A stretch of DNA of 36,846 nt, taken from IMG/VR virus record IMGVR_UViG_3300045988_045270. The stretch is one strand, 5' to 3'. Below are positions 8,078 to 17,330 of the stretch, piece by piece. Below the pieces are notes generated by a model. It worked only from the letters and a program-made list of their open reading frames with translations. It was not told the DNA's origin and did no database searches. The stretch's first letter is position 1, and each line of letters opens with the position of its first letter. Source of the stretch: a virus. A program made the position numbers and the translations under genes.

Positions 8078-9313
8078 ATGAGAGTGGCACTATTCAAAAA
8101 AATTATGAATAAATTAAATCTTAACGACCAGAGCGTAGAGTTGAATGATGTGCTGTTATCTGCATTGCTCAATAATGAGACAATCACGAGGGATAAGGCG
8201 CTGACACTTCCTGCCGTATCAGGTGCTGTTGATTTCATCAGTGGTTCGATTGCATCAATGCCTGTGAAGCTTTACAAGTACAGAAACGGCAAGGTTGAAG
8301 AAGTGCAGAGAGACAGCCGTGTACGAATGCTTAATGGCGACACTGGAAACACGCTTGACGGGTTTCAGACAAAAAAGGCCATGGTCGAGGATTACTTACT
8401 TGGCAAGGGTGGATATTGCTTTATTCAAAGAGACAGACAGAACACCGTAACGGCACTGAAATATATTCCAGATATGAATGTTACCGTGTGGTCAAATTCC
8501 GACCCGATGAACCGTTTCATACAGTTCTACGTTGGAACGAACAAAATCTATCCGTGGAACATGGTCAAACTCTTGAGAAATACCAAAGACGGTGCAAGCG
8601 GAAAGGGATTGACCGAAGAAATCTCAAAGGCTCTTGAAACGGCATACAGTACGTTGGTATATCAGCTTGGACTGGTTCAGACAGGCGGTAATAAAAAAGG
8701 ATTCTTACAGGCAGAGCGTAGGCTTGGACAGGAAGAAGTGGACAAGCTCAAGGAAGCATGGAAGAGGTTATACGCCAACAACACCGAGTCCGTCATGGTT
8801 CTGAATAACGGCATCAAGTTTCAGGAATCGTCAAATAGTTCAGTTGAAATGCAGTTGAATGAGAGCAAGAAGACTTTACAGGATGAAATCAATGGAGTGT
8901 TCCATATTCACAGTGACTTCAGCTTGACATTCAAAGAAGCAATCTATCCGATAGTTAAAGCATTTGAGACAGCAATCAACAGCACACTGCTGTTGGAGAA
9001 AGAAAAGAAAAACTTCTTCTTTGAATTTGATACAAAAGAAATTGTGAAAGCAAGCATCAAAGAAAGATTTGATGCTTACAAGGTTGCAAAAGATACAGGA
9101 CTTATGACTATCAATGAGTTGCGCCGAATGGAAAATCTCAATTACATTGAGGGCATGGACGTGATTAATGTTGGACTTGGCGCAGTATTGTATGACACCA
9201 ACACAGGAATATATTACACGCCAAACACAGGACAAGTTACAGGTGGAAATGAAGAAGAAGAAACGGCTGAGAAAGTTGAAGAAACTAAAAAGGGGGCAGA
9301 TGATGAATTATAA
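8078..9313 (+). CDS. Portal protein (HK97 family)
   Basis: Size and position after TerL. RBS AAAGGGG precedes ATG 8078. Acidic C-terminal tail. Confidence 0.75.
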   Translation: MRVALFKKIMNKLNLNDQSVELNDVLLSALLNNETITRDKALTLPAVSGAVDFISGSIASMPVKLYKYRNGKVEEVQRDSRVRMLNGDTGNTLDGFQTKKAMVEDYLLGKGGYCFIQRDRQNTVTALKYIPDMNVTVWSNSDPMNRFIQFYVGTNKIYPWNMVKLLRNTKDGASGKGLTEEISKALETAYSTLVYQLGLVQTGGNKKGFLQAERRLGQEEVDKLKEAWKRLYANNTESVMVLNNGIKFQESSNSSVEMQLNESKKTLQDEINGVFHIHSDFSLTFKEAIYPIVKAFETAINSTLLLEKEKKNFFFEFDTKEIVKASIKERFDAYKVAKDTGLMTINELRRMENLNYIEGMDVINVGLGAVLYDTNTGIYYTPNTGQVTGGNEEEETAEKVEETKKGADDEL

Positions 9314-10052
9314 GTACTTGAAGAATCTGACGAAAACTAGTGCAGATTTTTATATTTATGGCGATATTGTTGATGAGAACGTGCCAGACTGGTTTGGCGA
9401 TAAATCAGAAACAGCAATTGACACAAACACATTCAAGGCAGAGCTTGACAGCTTGAATGGAGTGACAGACTTTAATATTTACATCAATTCAGGTGGTGGC
9501 TCAGTGTTTGCAAGTTCAGCTATGGTCAGTATGTTAAAGAGATTCAGACAGAACACTGGGGCGAAGATTCATGCATATATTGATGGATTGTGTGCAAGTG
9601 CAGCAACGTATCTTGCCATGGTTGCAGATGATATCAATATTTACAAGAATTCGATAATGATGATCCACAAGCCAATGACATATGCTTATGGAAATGCTAA
9701 CGAGCTACAGCATGACATTGACACATTGAATCTGATTGAGTCTGGAACGATGTTGCCAATGTATGAAGCAAAGGCAAAAGAAGGGATCACAGCAGAGAAT
9801 ATCGCAGAACTGGTTGGCAACGAAACATGGTTCTGTGGAAATCCTGATGATGATATGTACATCGGAAATTATTTCAGTGTGAACGCATTGGACAGTGTGA
9901 AGGATGTACAGGCATGTGTAACGGACTTATTCAGAAACTACAAGCATGTGCCGGATGCATTAAAAAAGCCAAAACAGGTTAAAAAGCCTGTCGAGGATCG
10001 TGCGCTTGATTATTCAGCGTACGAGAATATTATTAGTTCATTAAAAAAATGA
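9300..10052 (+). CDS. Prohead maturation protease (ClpP/S14-like)
   Basis: NIYINSGGGSVFASSAMVSMLK...YIDGLCASAATYLAMVADD...MMIHKP matches the ClpP-like head protease motifs. Confidence 0.85.
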   Translation: MMNYKYLKNLTKTSADFYIYGDIVDENVPDWFGDKSETAIDTNTFKAELDSLNGVTDFNIYINSGGGSVFASSAMVSMLKRFRQNTGAKIHAYIDGLCASAATYLAMVADDINIYKNSIMMIHKPMTYAYGNANELQHDIDTLNLIESGTMLPMYEAKAKEGITAENIAELVGNETWFCGNPDDDMYIGNYFSVNALDSVKDVQACVTDLFRNYKHVPDALKKPKQVKKPVEDRALDYSAYENIISSLKK

Positions 10053-10067
10053 TGGAGGGGTGAAGAA

Positions 10068-11204
10068 ATGAACGTAAAAGAACTCATTGAAAATCGAAAT
10101 TCAAAAGTCGCTCAGATGGAGAAATTGCTAACAACTGCAAAGGCAGAAAACAGATTACCGTCTGAAGACGAAAAGAAACAGTTTGCAAACCTTGAAAAGG
10201 AAGTAAAGGACATTGATGCAACTGTTGCTATGTATGATCAGATGGCAGAAATGAGCATGAAGCCAGTGCCAAGCGCACCTGTTGAAATGACAAATGCAGA
10301 AAAAGATCACAAGATGTTTGAAAATGCAATTCGTGGCATTGTGAATACGGACACACCAACAATGCCTGCTGATGCAAAGACACTTATTCCAACAACAGTC
10401 TGGAATGAAATCATTTCTCAAGTAATTGAAATCTCACCTGTATTTTCTATGGCAGACCGCTATAACATCACTGGTAAACTGGTACTGCCAAAGTATGACA
10501 AACAGAACAGTTCTATCGTGATGCAGTATGCAGATGAAGGAACAACAGCAGATTCTGGAAAGGTTGTTATCAGCCAGATTGAACTTGATGGATTCCTTGC
10601 ACGTTGCCTTGCTAAAATTTCAAAGAGCTTGATTAACAATTCCAATTTCGACATTGTGGGATTTGTTGAAGCAAAAATGGCACAGGCAATCGCACTTTAT
10701 TTCGAGCATGAGATTCTGTTCGGTACAGAAGGAAAGGTTGAAGGTTTGAAGGGCATTACAGCAGATATGACTGTTACAACTGCCACAGCTACAAAGATTA
10801 CATCTGACGAGTTGATGGATTTGCAGGACAAAGTAATTGACAACTATCAGGCAAATTCTGTTTGGATTATGAACCGCGAAACTCGAAATGCAATCAGAAA
10901 GTTAAAGGATAATGATGGCGATTATCTGTTGAACCGTGACTTCACAGCAAAGTGGGGCTATACACTTCTCGGCAAGGATGTTTATTGTTCTGATGCTATG
11001 GACAAGATTCTTGCAGGAAAAACAACCATTTATTACGGTGATTTCTCTGGTTTAGCTGTGAAAGTTTCAGAAAATGCTAACATGCAGGTATTGCAGGAAA
11101 GATATGCAGAAGAACATTTACTTGGAATTCTAGCTTTTGTTGAATGGGATGCAAAGGTTGCAGACACTCAGAAACTTTCAAAACTTGTCATGGCTAGCAA
11201 ATAA
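10068..11204 (+). CDS. Major capsid protein (HK97 fold) with an N-terminal scaffold/delta domain
   Basis: 378 aa with a coiled-coil N-terminus and canonical position after the protease. RBS GGAGGGGTGAAG. Confidence 0.85.
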   Translation: MNVKELIENRNSKVAQMEKLLTTAKAENRLPSEDEKKQFANLEKEVKDIDATVAMYDQMAEMSMKPVPSAPVEMTNAEKDHKMFENAIRGIVNTDTPTMPADAKTLIPTTVWNEIISQVIEISPVFSMADRYNITGKLVLPKYDKQNSSIVMQYADEGTTADSGKVVISQIELDGFLARCLAKISKSLINNSNFDIVGFVEAKMAQAIALYFEHEILFGTEGKVEGLKGITADMTVTTATATKITSDELMDLQDKVIDNYQANSVWIMNRETRNAIRKLKDNDGDYLLNRDFTAKWGYTLLGKDVYCSDAMDKILAGKTTIYYGDFSGLAVKVSENANMQVLQERYAEEHLLGILAFVEWDAKVADTQKLSKLVMASK

Positions 11205-11215
11205 TCTATAAAGGG

Positions 11216-11536
11216 GTGAGCAATATGGAAGTAAGCACGGAAGTAAATAAGGTTAGTGATATTACAGAAGAAAGCGTTGCAGATTATTTGAGACTTGACG
11301 AAGTAAATGACAGCGAAATAAATACATTGGCCATGCTTATTTCTATTGCAACCTCATTTATCAAGAGTTATACAGGGCTTGACGATGCTGGTGTTGACAA
11401 ATATCCTGAATTTGTGATTGTGGTGCTTATTCTCTGTCAGGACATGTGGGATAACCGAACAATGTATGTTGACAGTAAAGACTTGAATAACACAGTGCAG
11501 AGCATTCTTGCAATGCATAGTGTCAATCTGTTGTGA
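11216..11536 (+). CDS. Head-tail connector (gp6-like)
   Basis: Small acidic protein in the conserved position after the major capsid protein (MCP). Confidence 0.55.
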   Translation: MSNMEVSTEVNKVSDITEESVADYLRLDEVNDSEINTLAMLISIATSFIKSYTGLDDAGVDKYPEFVIVVLILCQDMWDNRTMYVDSKDLNNTVQSILAMHSVNLL

Positions 11537-11546
11537 GGTGTGAACC

Positions 11547-11873
11547 ATGTTAAATGCAGGGAAGTATTCAAAGCGTATCACGATATATAAGACCGTCATT
11601 GTTACTGATGATGATGGCTTTCAGACAGAACAGAAAAAGGTGATTCTACAGCCGTATGCATACGTTAGAACCACAAAAGGATTTACGCTGATTGCAAACA
11701 ATTCTGATTTTGAAAAAGCATACACCAACTTCACAATTCGTTATCCGAAAACAGAAATTACAAGGGATATGCTGATTGAGTTCCACGGCAAGACATATAC
11801 GATTGAGTATCTGAACAACGTTGATGAAAACAGCGTAGAATTAGAAATTCAGGCAAAGGAAGTGACTCACTGA
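11547..11873 (+). CDS. Head closure / head-tail joining protein
   Basis: About 108 aa with RITIYKTVIVTDDDGFQTEQ...; conserved synteny. Confidence 0.55.
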   Translation: MLNAGKYSKRITIYKTVIVTDDDGFQTEQKKVILQPYAYVRTTKGFTLIANNSDFEKAYTNFTIRYPKTEITRDMLIEFHGKTYTIEYLNNVDENSVELEIQAKEVTH

Positions 11874-12301
11874 TGGCAAAATTCACAGCTGATATTGATG
11901 AAAGCGTGCTGAAGGATATATCTTACATCGACAAGCAGTTTGATCACATCTTTGGTGGCATGACTCAGGCAGGTGCAGAGGTTGTCTACAAGAACGTTAT
12001 TTCGGCACTTCCAGAGGCATTGAAAAGTTCAGGATTCAGCAGTCATGTGAAACTGTCGAAAGTGTACAGAACTCCATCAGATGATGGTATCAACACGAAA
12101 GTTATGATCACTGGATATTTCAAGAACAAGGAAGGCAAGAAGACTCCTGCTCCACTTGTTGCTAATATGTTCGAGTATGGCAGTGACAAAAGGAAATATC
12201 CAAAGCATCCTTTTTTCCGAAAGTCTTTCAAAAAGTCACAGATTATGAAAGCAATGGAAGAAGAGCAGAAAAAGTTGAGCGGGGGACTGTTAGATGAATA
12301 A
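11873..12301 (+). CDS. Tail component (HK97 gp10-like)
   Basis: Synteny and size. Confidence 0.45.
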   Translation: MAKFTADIDESVLKDISYIDKQFDHIFGGMTQAGAEVVYKNVISALPEALKSSGFSSHVKLSKVYRTPSDDGINTKVMITGYFKNKEGKKTPAPLVANMFEYGSDKRKYPKHPFFRKSFKKSQIMKAMEEEQKKLSGGLLDE

Positions 12302-12641
12302 CCTCATCGAAAAAACATTGAGTGATTTAACGGTCAACGGCAAAAAAATTCCAGTCAAGTTCTTACGATACAATGGACGTTCGGAAACATACATCACTTA
12401 CATGATGACAGATGCAGACAGTGTGTTGCATGGTGATGATGAACTGCTGAACTACGTTGAATATTATGACTTTGATATTTACTCAAAAGGCAATTACAAG
12501 CCGATTATCAAGGCGTTAAAAGGATTGCTTAAAGCTGTCGGGTTTATGTGGGAACCTGACCGTTCATCCGAAGATATGTATGAGGACGATACGAAGTATT
12601 ACCACAAGACATTATGTTTTTCTATCGAAAGGAGCGAATAA
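12294..12641 (+). CDS. Tail completion / tail terminator-like protein
   Basis: Synteny and size. Confidence 0.4.
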   Translation: MNNLIEKTLSDLTVNGKKIPVKFLRYNGRSETYITYMMTDADSVLHGDDELLNYVEYYDFDIYSKGNYKPIIKALKGLLKAVGFMWEPDRSSEDMYEDDTKYYHKTLCFSIERSE

Positions 12642-13201
12642 TGGCTAAAATTGGGTTAAATAACTTCCGATATTCGAAACTTACGGAATCGGAAGAAGGA
12701 AAAGCAACATATGATGGCGCGAAAAAGCCAGCCAAGGCTATTTCATGCAAAGTGGATATCAAAAACAATGATGCGTCTTTGTATGCAGATGATGCACTTG
12801 CTGAGAGTGATAATTCATTTCAGAGTGGCACTGTTACAATCGGCATTGACAATGAAGATGTGCAGACAATGGCAGACCTTCTGGGGCATACGGTTTCAGA
12901 AGATCAAGCAGAGCTTGTCAGAAATGCAACTGATGTTGCGCCATATGTAGGTTTCGGAAGAATTGTTACAAAAATGGTGAATGGAGCTTACAAGTACACA
13001 GTAGAATTCTTGTGTAAGGTTAAATTCTCAGAACCGTCACAGGATGATTCTACAAAAGGTGAAAGCGTATCATTCAGCACAACTGAACTTGCAGGAACAG
13101 TGGCGACATTGGCAGATGGAACATGGTCGAAATCTAAAACGTTTAGTACAAAGACTGAAGCTGTCACATATCTTGAAGGACTGATGGCAAAGACAGCCTA
13201 A
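12641..13201 (+). CDS. Major tail protein
   Basis: About 186 aa, RBS AAAGGAGCG, located directly upstream of the chaperone pair and the tape measure. Confidence 0.65.
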   Translation: MAKIGLNNFRYSKLTESEEGKATYDGAKKPAKAISCKVDIKNNDASLYADDALAESDNSFQSGTVTIGIDNEDVQTMADLLGHTVSEDQAELVRNATDVAPYVGFGRIVTKMVNGAYKYTVEFLCKVKFSEPSQDDSTKGESVSFSTTELAGTVATLADGTWSKSKTFSTKTEAVTYLEGLMAKTA

Positions 13202-13255
13202 AAGAATATTCAAGACAGGGTTAGTCCCTGTCTTATTTTATTTGGAGGATAAAAC

Positions 13256-13609
13256 ATGAAGGAAATCTCAAAGACACTTGAATACAAAGGGAAGAAATAC
13301 AAGCTAGTTTTCAATCTGAACGTGATGCAAGTTATTCAAGATAAGTACAGAACACTTGAATACTGGGGCAAACTCACAGATGGTGCAAAAAACAATGGTG
13401 AGCCAAACGCAAAGGCTGTTATCTTTGGAATCACGGCAATGCTGAATGAAGGAATTGACATAGATAACGAAGAAAATGGTACAGAAGAAAAGATGCTTAC
13501 TAAAAAGCAGGTCGGCAGAATGATCACAGAAATTGGCTTGAAATCATCCGCACAGCTGATGAATGGTGTTGTCGTTGACAGCACGCAGAGTGCCGAAAAA
13601 AACGCATAA
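13256..13609 (+). CDS. Tail assembly chaperone (G-like)
   Basis: Position between the major tail protein and the tape measure, ending in a slippery A-run. Confidence 0.6.
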   Translation: MKEISKTLEYKGKKYKLVFNLNVMQVIQDKYRTLEYWGKLTDGAKNNGEPNAKAVIFGITAMLNEGIDIDNEENGTEEKMLTKKQVGRMITEIGLKSSAQLMNGVVVDSTQSAEKNA

Positions 13610-13839
13610 TTCCCGATGAAGATGAACCAGAGCCAATAGACTTTACATGGTTCTACTTTATCGGGCGCAACAAGCTTGGTTTTACATTTCATGAAGTTGG
13701 AAGATTGACACTGACAACTTTCAACCTGTTATACAAACATTACAAGAACGATTTTGACTTTGAGCTGATGCTTGAAAAGACAGGAACAACCTATGCGAAG
13801 GCATATGAAAAATCACAACATGAAGATGATTGGTTTTAA
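13256..13839 (+). CDS. Tail assembly chaperone -1 frameshift fusion product (GT-like); the shift occurs at A_AAA_AAC (13597-13603)
   Basis: A stop-free -1 frame from 13597 to TAA at 13837-13839 encodes ...IIPDEDEPEPIDFTWFYFIGRNKLGFTFHEVGRLTLTTFNLLYKHYKNDFDFELMLEKTG..., with no independent start codon. Confidence 0.6.
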
Positions 13840-13851
13840 GGGGGTGAGTGC

Positions 13852-16281
13852 ATGGCATTAGGTGGAACAATTAAACTTCAGGGCGAGAGTGAATATAGAC
13901 GAGCATTGAAGCAGATCACACAGAACTTGCGTGAAGTATCCTCAGAAATGAAGATCGTCACGAGTACGTATGATAAGAACGACACAAGCACTGATGCATT
14001 GACTGCCAAGAGTGACGTGCTGAACAAGCGACTTGAGGAACAGAAATCAAAGCTGAAACTAGTATCTGACCAGTACAAGCAATATCAGAATGCTGTTAAA
14101 CAGTCAGCAGATGAGCATACACAACTTGGCGAAAAGTTGGAAAATGCAAAAGGAAAGCTTGCAAGCATCGAAGCACAATGTGGCAAAAACAGCAAAGAGT
14201 ACGAAGAACAGAAAAAGGCTGTTGATGATCTTCAAAAACAGTATGATGAAAGCACAACGGCTCAGGACAATAACAAGAAATCACTATCACAGCTTGCAGT
14301 GCAGATGAACAATGCAAAAGCTGACGTTATCAAGACCACAAAAGAGATTGACAATCTCGGCAAAGAATCTGATGATAGCGCAAAACAGGTTGATGATCTG
14401 TCTAAAAAGATGGGTGATGCTGATGGCTCATCAAAAAACCTTAATGATGGATTCACGGTACTCAAAGGCACAATGGCAAATCTGGCATCACAGGCAATCA
14501 GCAAGGTTGTTGATGGATTCAAGAGCCTTGTAGGTGGTGCAGTTGACTATCAGAAGTCTATGGAATATTACACAACATCGTTTACGGTCATGACAGGGTC
14601 AGCAGACAAGGCAAGCGAGACAGTCAAAAAGCTTGCTGATATTGGAGCAACAACTCCATTTGATATGCCACAGTTGGCAGATGCAACATCGTTGCTGATG
14701 AACTATGGCTTTAGTGCTGATGATGCTGTTGATAGTATGATGATGCTTGGCGATATCTCACAGGGAAATGCGGACAAGCTGGACAGCATTTCGAGAGCAT
14801 ACGGGAAAATGAGTTCAGCGCAGAAAGTATCGCTTGAAGACATCAACATGATGATTGATGCAGGATTCAACCCATTACAGGAAATCTCAGAACATACTGG
14901 AGAAAGCATGCAAAGCTTGTATGACAGAATATCAAAAGGAAAAATGTCTGTTGATGAGATCACGGAGTCGATGAAGAGGTCAACTTCTGAAGGCGGTAAA
15001 TACTTTAAGTCAATGGATTCACAGTCTCAGACTTTGGACGGTAGACTTTCTACATTGAGTGATACAATCAATTCAAAACTCGGTGAAGCATTACAGCCGA
15101 TTCTTAAAAAAGCCTCTGATGAATGGATTCCAAACATCACAAATGCAATCGACAATATGGATATTGATTCTGTCGTTTCTGTCATTGATGATATTGTTTC
15201 TGGTGTTGGTAATTTATTCGGATTCATCATGGACAATGGTAGTACAATCGTATCGCTTGTTGCAGGAATCGGGACGGCAATGATGATGTGGAATGTTGCA
15301 AGTATGATCAATGGTGTTGTTACAGCGGTCAAGAGATATCAAGAGGCTAACGAAGGCGCAACTGTTGCACAGGCATTATTGCATGGTGTCATGAACGCCA
15401 ATCCGATTATGCTCATTGCTACACTGCTTGCAGGACTCGCAGCAACAATTATCACATTATGGAATACAAATGAGGGATTCCGCAATGCTGTCATAAGCGT
15501 GTGGAATGCATTCAAGGACACGGTCGGAAATGCAATTAAATCGGTAGGTGGATTCATAGGCAACCTCATATCGTGGTTTCAGGCTCTTCCTGGGCGTATT
15601 GGAGCATTCCTTGGTGAAGTTATAGGCAATGTACAGAATTGGGCTTCTAACATGGCTTCTAGGGCTTCTGAAGCAGGTTCTAACTTTGTTGGCAGGGTTG
15701 TATCATTCATCCGTGGTCTTCCGTCTGCTGTATGGAATTGGCTGTCAAACACGTTGAATAACGCATGGAACTTTGCGAGACAGTTGGCACAAGCAGGTGC
15801 AAATGCAGCATCTGGACTTGTAAATAACATCATCGGGAAAATCAGAAGTCTTCCCCGTCAGTTGTACAACTGGGGTGTTGATATGGTTCAGGGTATCGCA
15901 AACGGTATCAGGAGTGCGATTCATAAAGTCACAAGTGCAGTCAGCGATCTTGCAAACAAAATCAAGTCTTTCCTTCATTTCTCAAGACCTGATGAAGGCC
16001 CATTGGCTGAGTATGAAAGCTGGATGCCTGACATGGTCGAGGGATTGAGCGATTCTTTAAGAAAGGCAAGCCCTGAGCTTATCAGTCAGACAGAAGCATT
16101 GGCGAGTGGAATGTCTGACGCATTCAATGCTAATGGCAGTGTTTCGATAAGTGGTGGAAGAAGCTACGATTCAATGGTTGAAGCATTCAAGGATGCACTA
16201 TCACAGGTCAAAATCGAGATGGACGATGAAGAAATGGGGCACTTTGTCGACAAAACTGTTACAAAACTTATTTACGAATAA
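13852..16281 (+). CDS. Tail tape measure protein
   Basis: 809 aa with an N-terminal coiled coil, central hydrophobic/Gly-rich segments, and a position downstream of the chaperone. Confidence 0.9.
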   Translation: MALGGTIKLQGESEYRRALKQITQNLREVSSEMKIVTSTYDKNDTSTDALTAKSDVLNKRLEEQKSKLKLVSDQYKQYQNAVKQSADEHTQLGEKLENAKGKLASIEAQCGKNSKEYEEQKKAVDDLQKQYDESTTAQDNNKKSLSQLAVQMNNAKADVIKTTKEIDNLGKESDDSAKQVDDLSKKMGDADGSSKNLNDGFTVLKGTMANLASQAISKVVDGFKSLVGGAVDYQKSMEYYTTSFTVMTGSADKASETVKKLADIGATTPFDMPQLADATSLLMNYGFSADDAVDSMMMLGDISQGNADKLDSISRAYGKMSSAQKVSLEDINMMIDAGFNPLQEISEHTGESMQSLYDRISKGKMSVDEITESMKRSTSEGGKYFKSMDSQSQTLDGRLSTLSDTINSKLGEALQPILKKASDEWIPNITNAIDNMDIDSVVSVIDDIVSGVGNLFGFIMDNGSTIVSLVAGIGTAMMMWNVASMINGVVTAVKRYQEANEGATVAQALLHGVMNANPIMLIATLLAGLAATIITLWNTNEGFRNAVISVWNAFKDTVGNAIKSVGGFIGNLISWFQALPGRIGAFLGEVIGNVQNWASNMASRASEAGSNFVGRVVSFIRGLPSAVWNWLSNTLNNAWNFARQLAQAGANAASGLVNNIIGKIRSLPRQLYNWGVDMVQGIANGIRSAIHKVTSAVSDLANKIKSFLHFSRPDEGPLAEYESWMPDMVEGLSDSLRKASPELISQTEALASGMSDAFNANGSVSISGGRSYDSMVEAFKDALSQVKIEMDDEEMGHFVDKTVTKLIYE

Positions 16282-16293
16282 GGCGGTGTAAAT

Positions 16294-16995
16294 ATGAGGA
16301 ATTACGTTGTTCAAAATGGAAAAGACAGCCGATATTTAAAAGGATTGCTGATACAGGAATTGCCACCGATTACAAAGCCTTTGATGCGTACAAGCATTGA
16401 ACAAATAGACGGTCGTGACGGTGATGTGATCACAAGGCTTGGATATTCGGCTTATGACAAAAAAATGAAGATTGGTCTGTTTGGTGACTATGATATTGAT
16501 GATATTATTACGTTTTTCAATTCAAGCGGAACAGTAATATTTTCAAATGAACCAGAAAAATATTACGTGTACGATATTCTAGATACGATTGATTATGAGC
16601 GCCTTATGAGGTTCAGAACGGCTGAAATCACGTATCATGTACAGCCATTCAAATACAGCAATATCGAGAAACTGAAGGCGTTCAGCAATCCGACAAGTGC
16701 TATCACAGTTAGAAATAACGGCAATTATGTTTCCAAGCCGATTATTCATATCAAAGGAACAGGGATTATCAATCTGTCGTTGAATGGCGTGCAGTTGTTC
16801 CGTATTGATATGAGCACATCAAATTCCATCACAATAGACACGGAAAGGCTTGAGGCATACAATGATGATGTACTGATGAACAGATACGTTGTCGGCAATT
16901 ATGACAAGTTTGTTCTCAAAATTGGGCCAAACTCCGTGTCATGGGATGGAGCATTGACATATATTGCATTTGAAAATTATTCGAGGTGGATATAA
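16294..16995 (+). CDS. Distal tail protein (Dit)
   Basis: Position directly after the tape measure, about 233 aa, with Dit-like ...IEQIDGRDGDVITRLGYSAYDKKMKIGLFG... Confidence 0.55.
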   Translation: MRNYVVQNGKDSRYLKGLLIQELPPITKPLMRTSIEQIDGRDGDVITRLGYSAYDKKMKIGLFGDYDIDDIITFFNSSGTVIFSNEPEKYYVYDILDTIDYERLMRFRTAEITYHVQPFKYSNIEKLKAFSNPTSAITVRNNGNYVSKPIIHIKGTGIINLSLNGVQLFRIDMSTSNSITIDTERLEAYNDDVLMNRYVVGNYDKFVLKIGPNSVSWDGALTYIAFENYSRWI

Positions 16996-17330
16996 TGAAA
17001 ACAAATTTTGAAGTTATTAGGGGTGATACGTTGAGCTTTGCGTTTTTAGTTGAGTTTGACGAAGCACCGCAGAAATTAGAAAAGGCAGATTTTACATGTA
17101 AAACGAATTATGATGATGATGATGTAGTGATTCATAAGGAATTAGAAAAAGGAATCAATTTTTCAAGGCAGGACGGCACAAAGCTGTATTACATTGTTCG
17201 TATTGCACCAGAGGACACCAAAAATCTTGAGACAGGGATGTATTATTATGACCTGCAAATCGAACTTAATGGGGATGTATTTACCATCCTTAATGGAGCT
17301 TTAAAGATAGAAAGTGACGTGACAAGATGA
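16986..17330 (+). CDS. Hypothetical tail-associated protein
   Basis: ORF whose ends overlap both neighbouring genes. Confidence 0.3.
   Translation: MDIMKTNFEVIRGDTLSFAFLVEFDEAPQKLEKADFTCKTNYDDDDVVIHKELEKGINFSRQDGTKLYYIVRIAPEDTKNLETGMYYYDLQIELNGDVFTILNGALKIESDVTR

Noticed and set aside
12711-12950. 79-aa ORF in an alternative frame within the major tail protein gene
   Set aside because: A shadow ORF with Met/Arg/His-rich atypical composition and no RBS.
14090-15978. Multiple ORFs of 70-100 aa on both strands inside the tape measure gene (e.g. 14090-14308 +, 14262-14522 -, 15027-15332 -, 15745-15978 -)
   Set aside because: All are embedded in alternative frames of a long, clearly coding tape measure gene, have no RBS, and show biased low-complexity composition. 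They are shadow ORFs.
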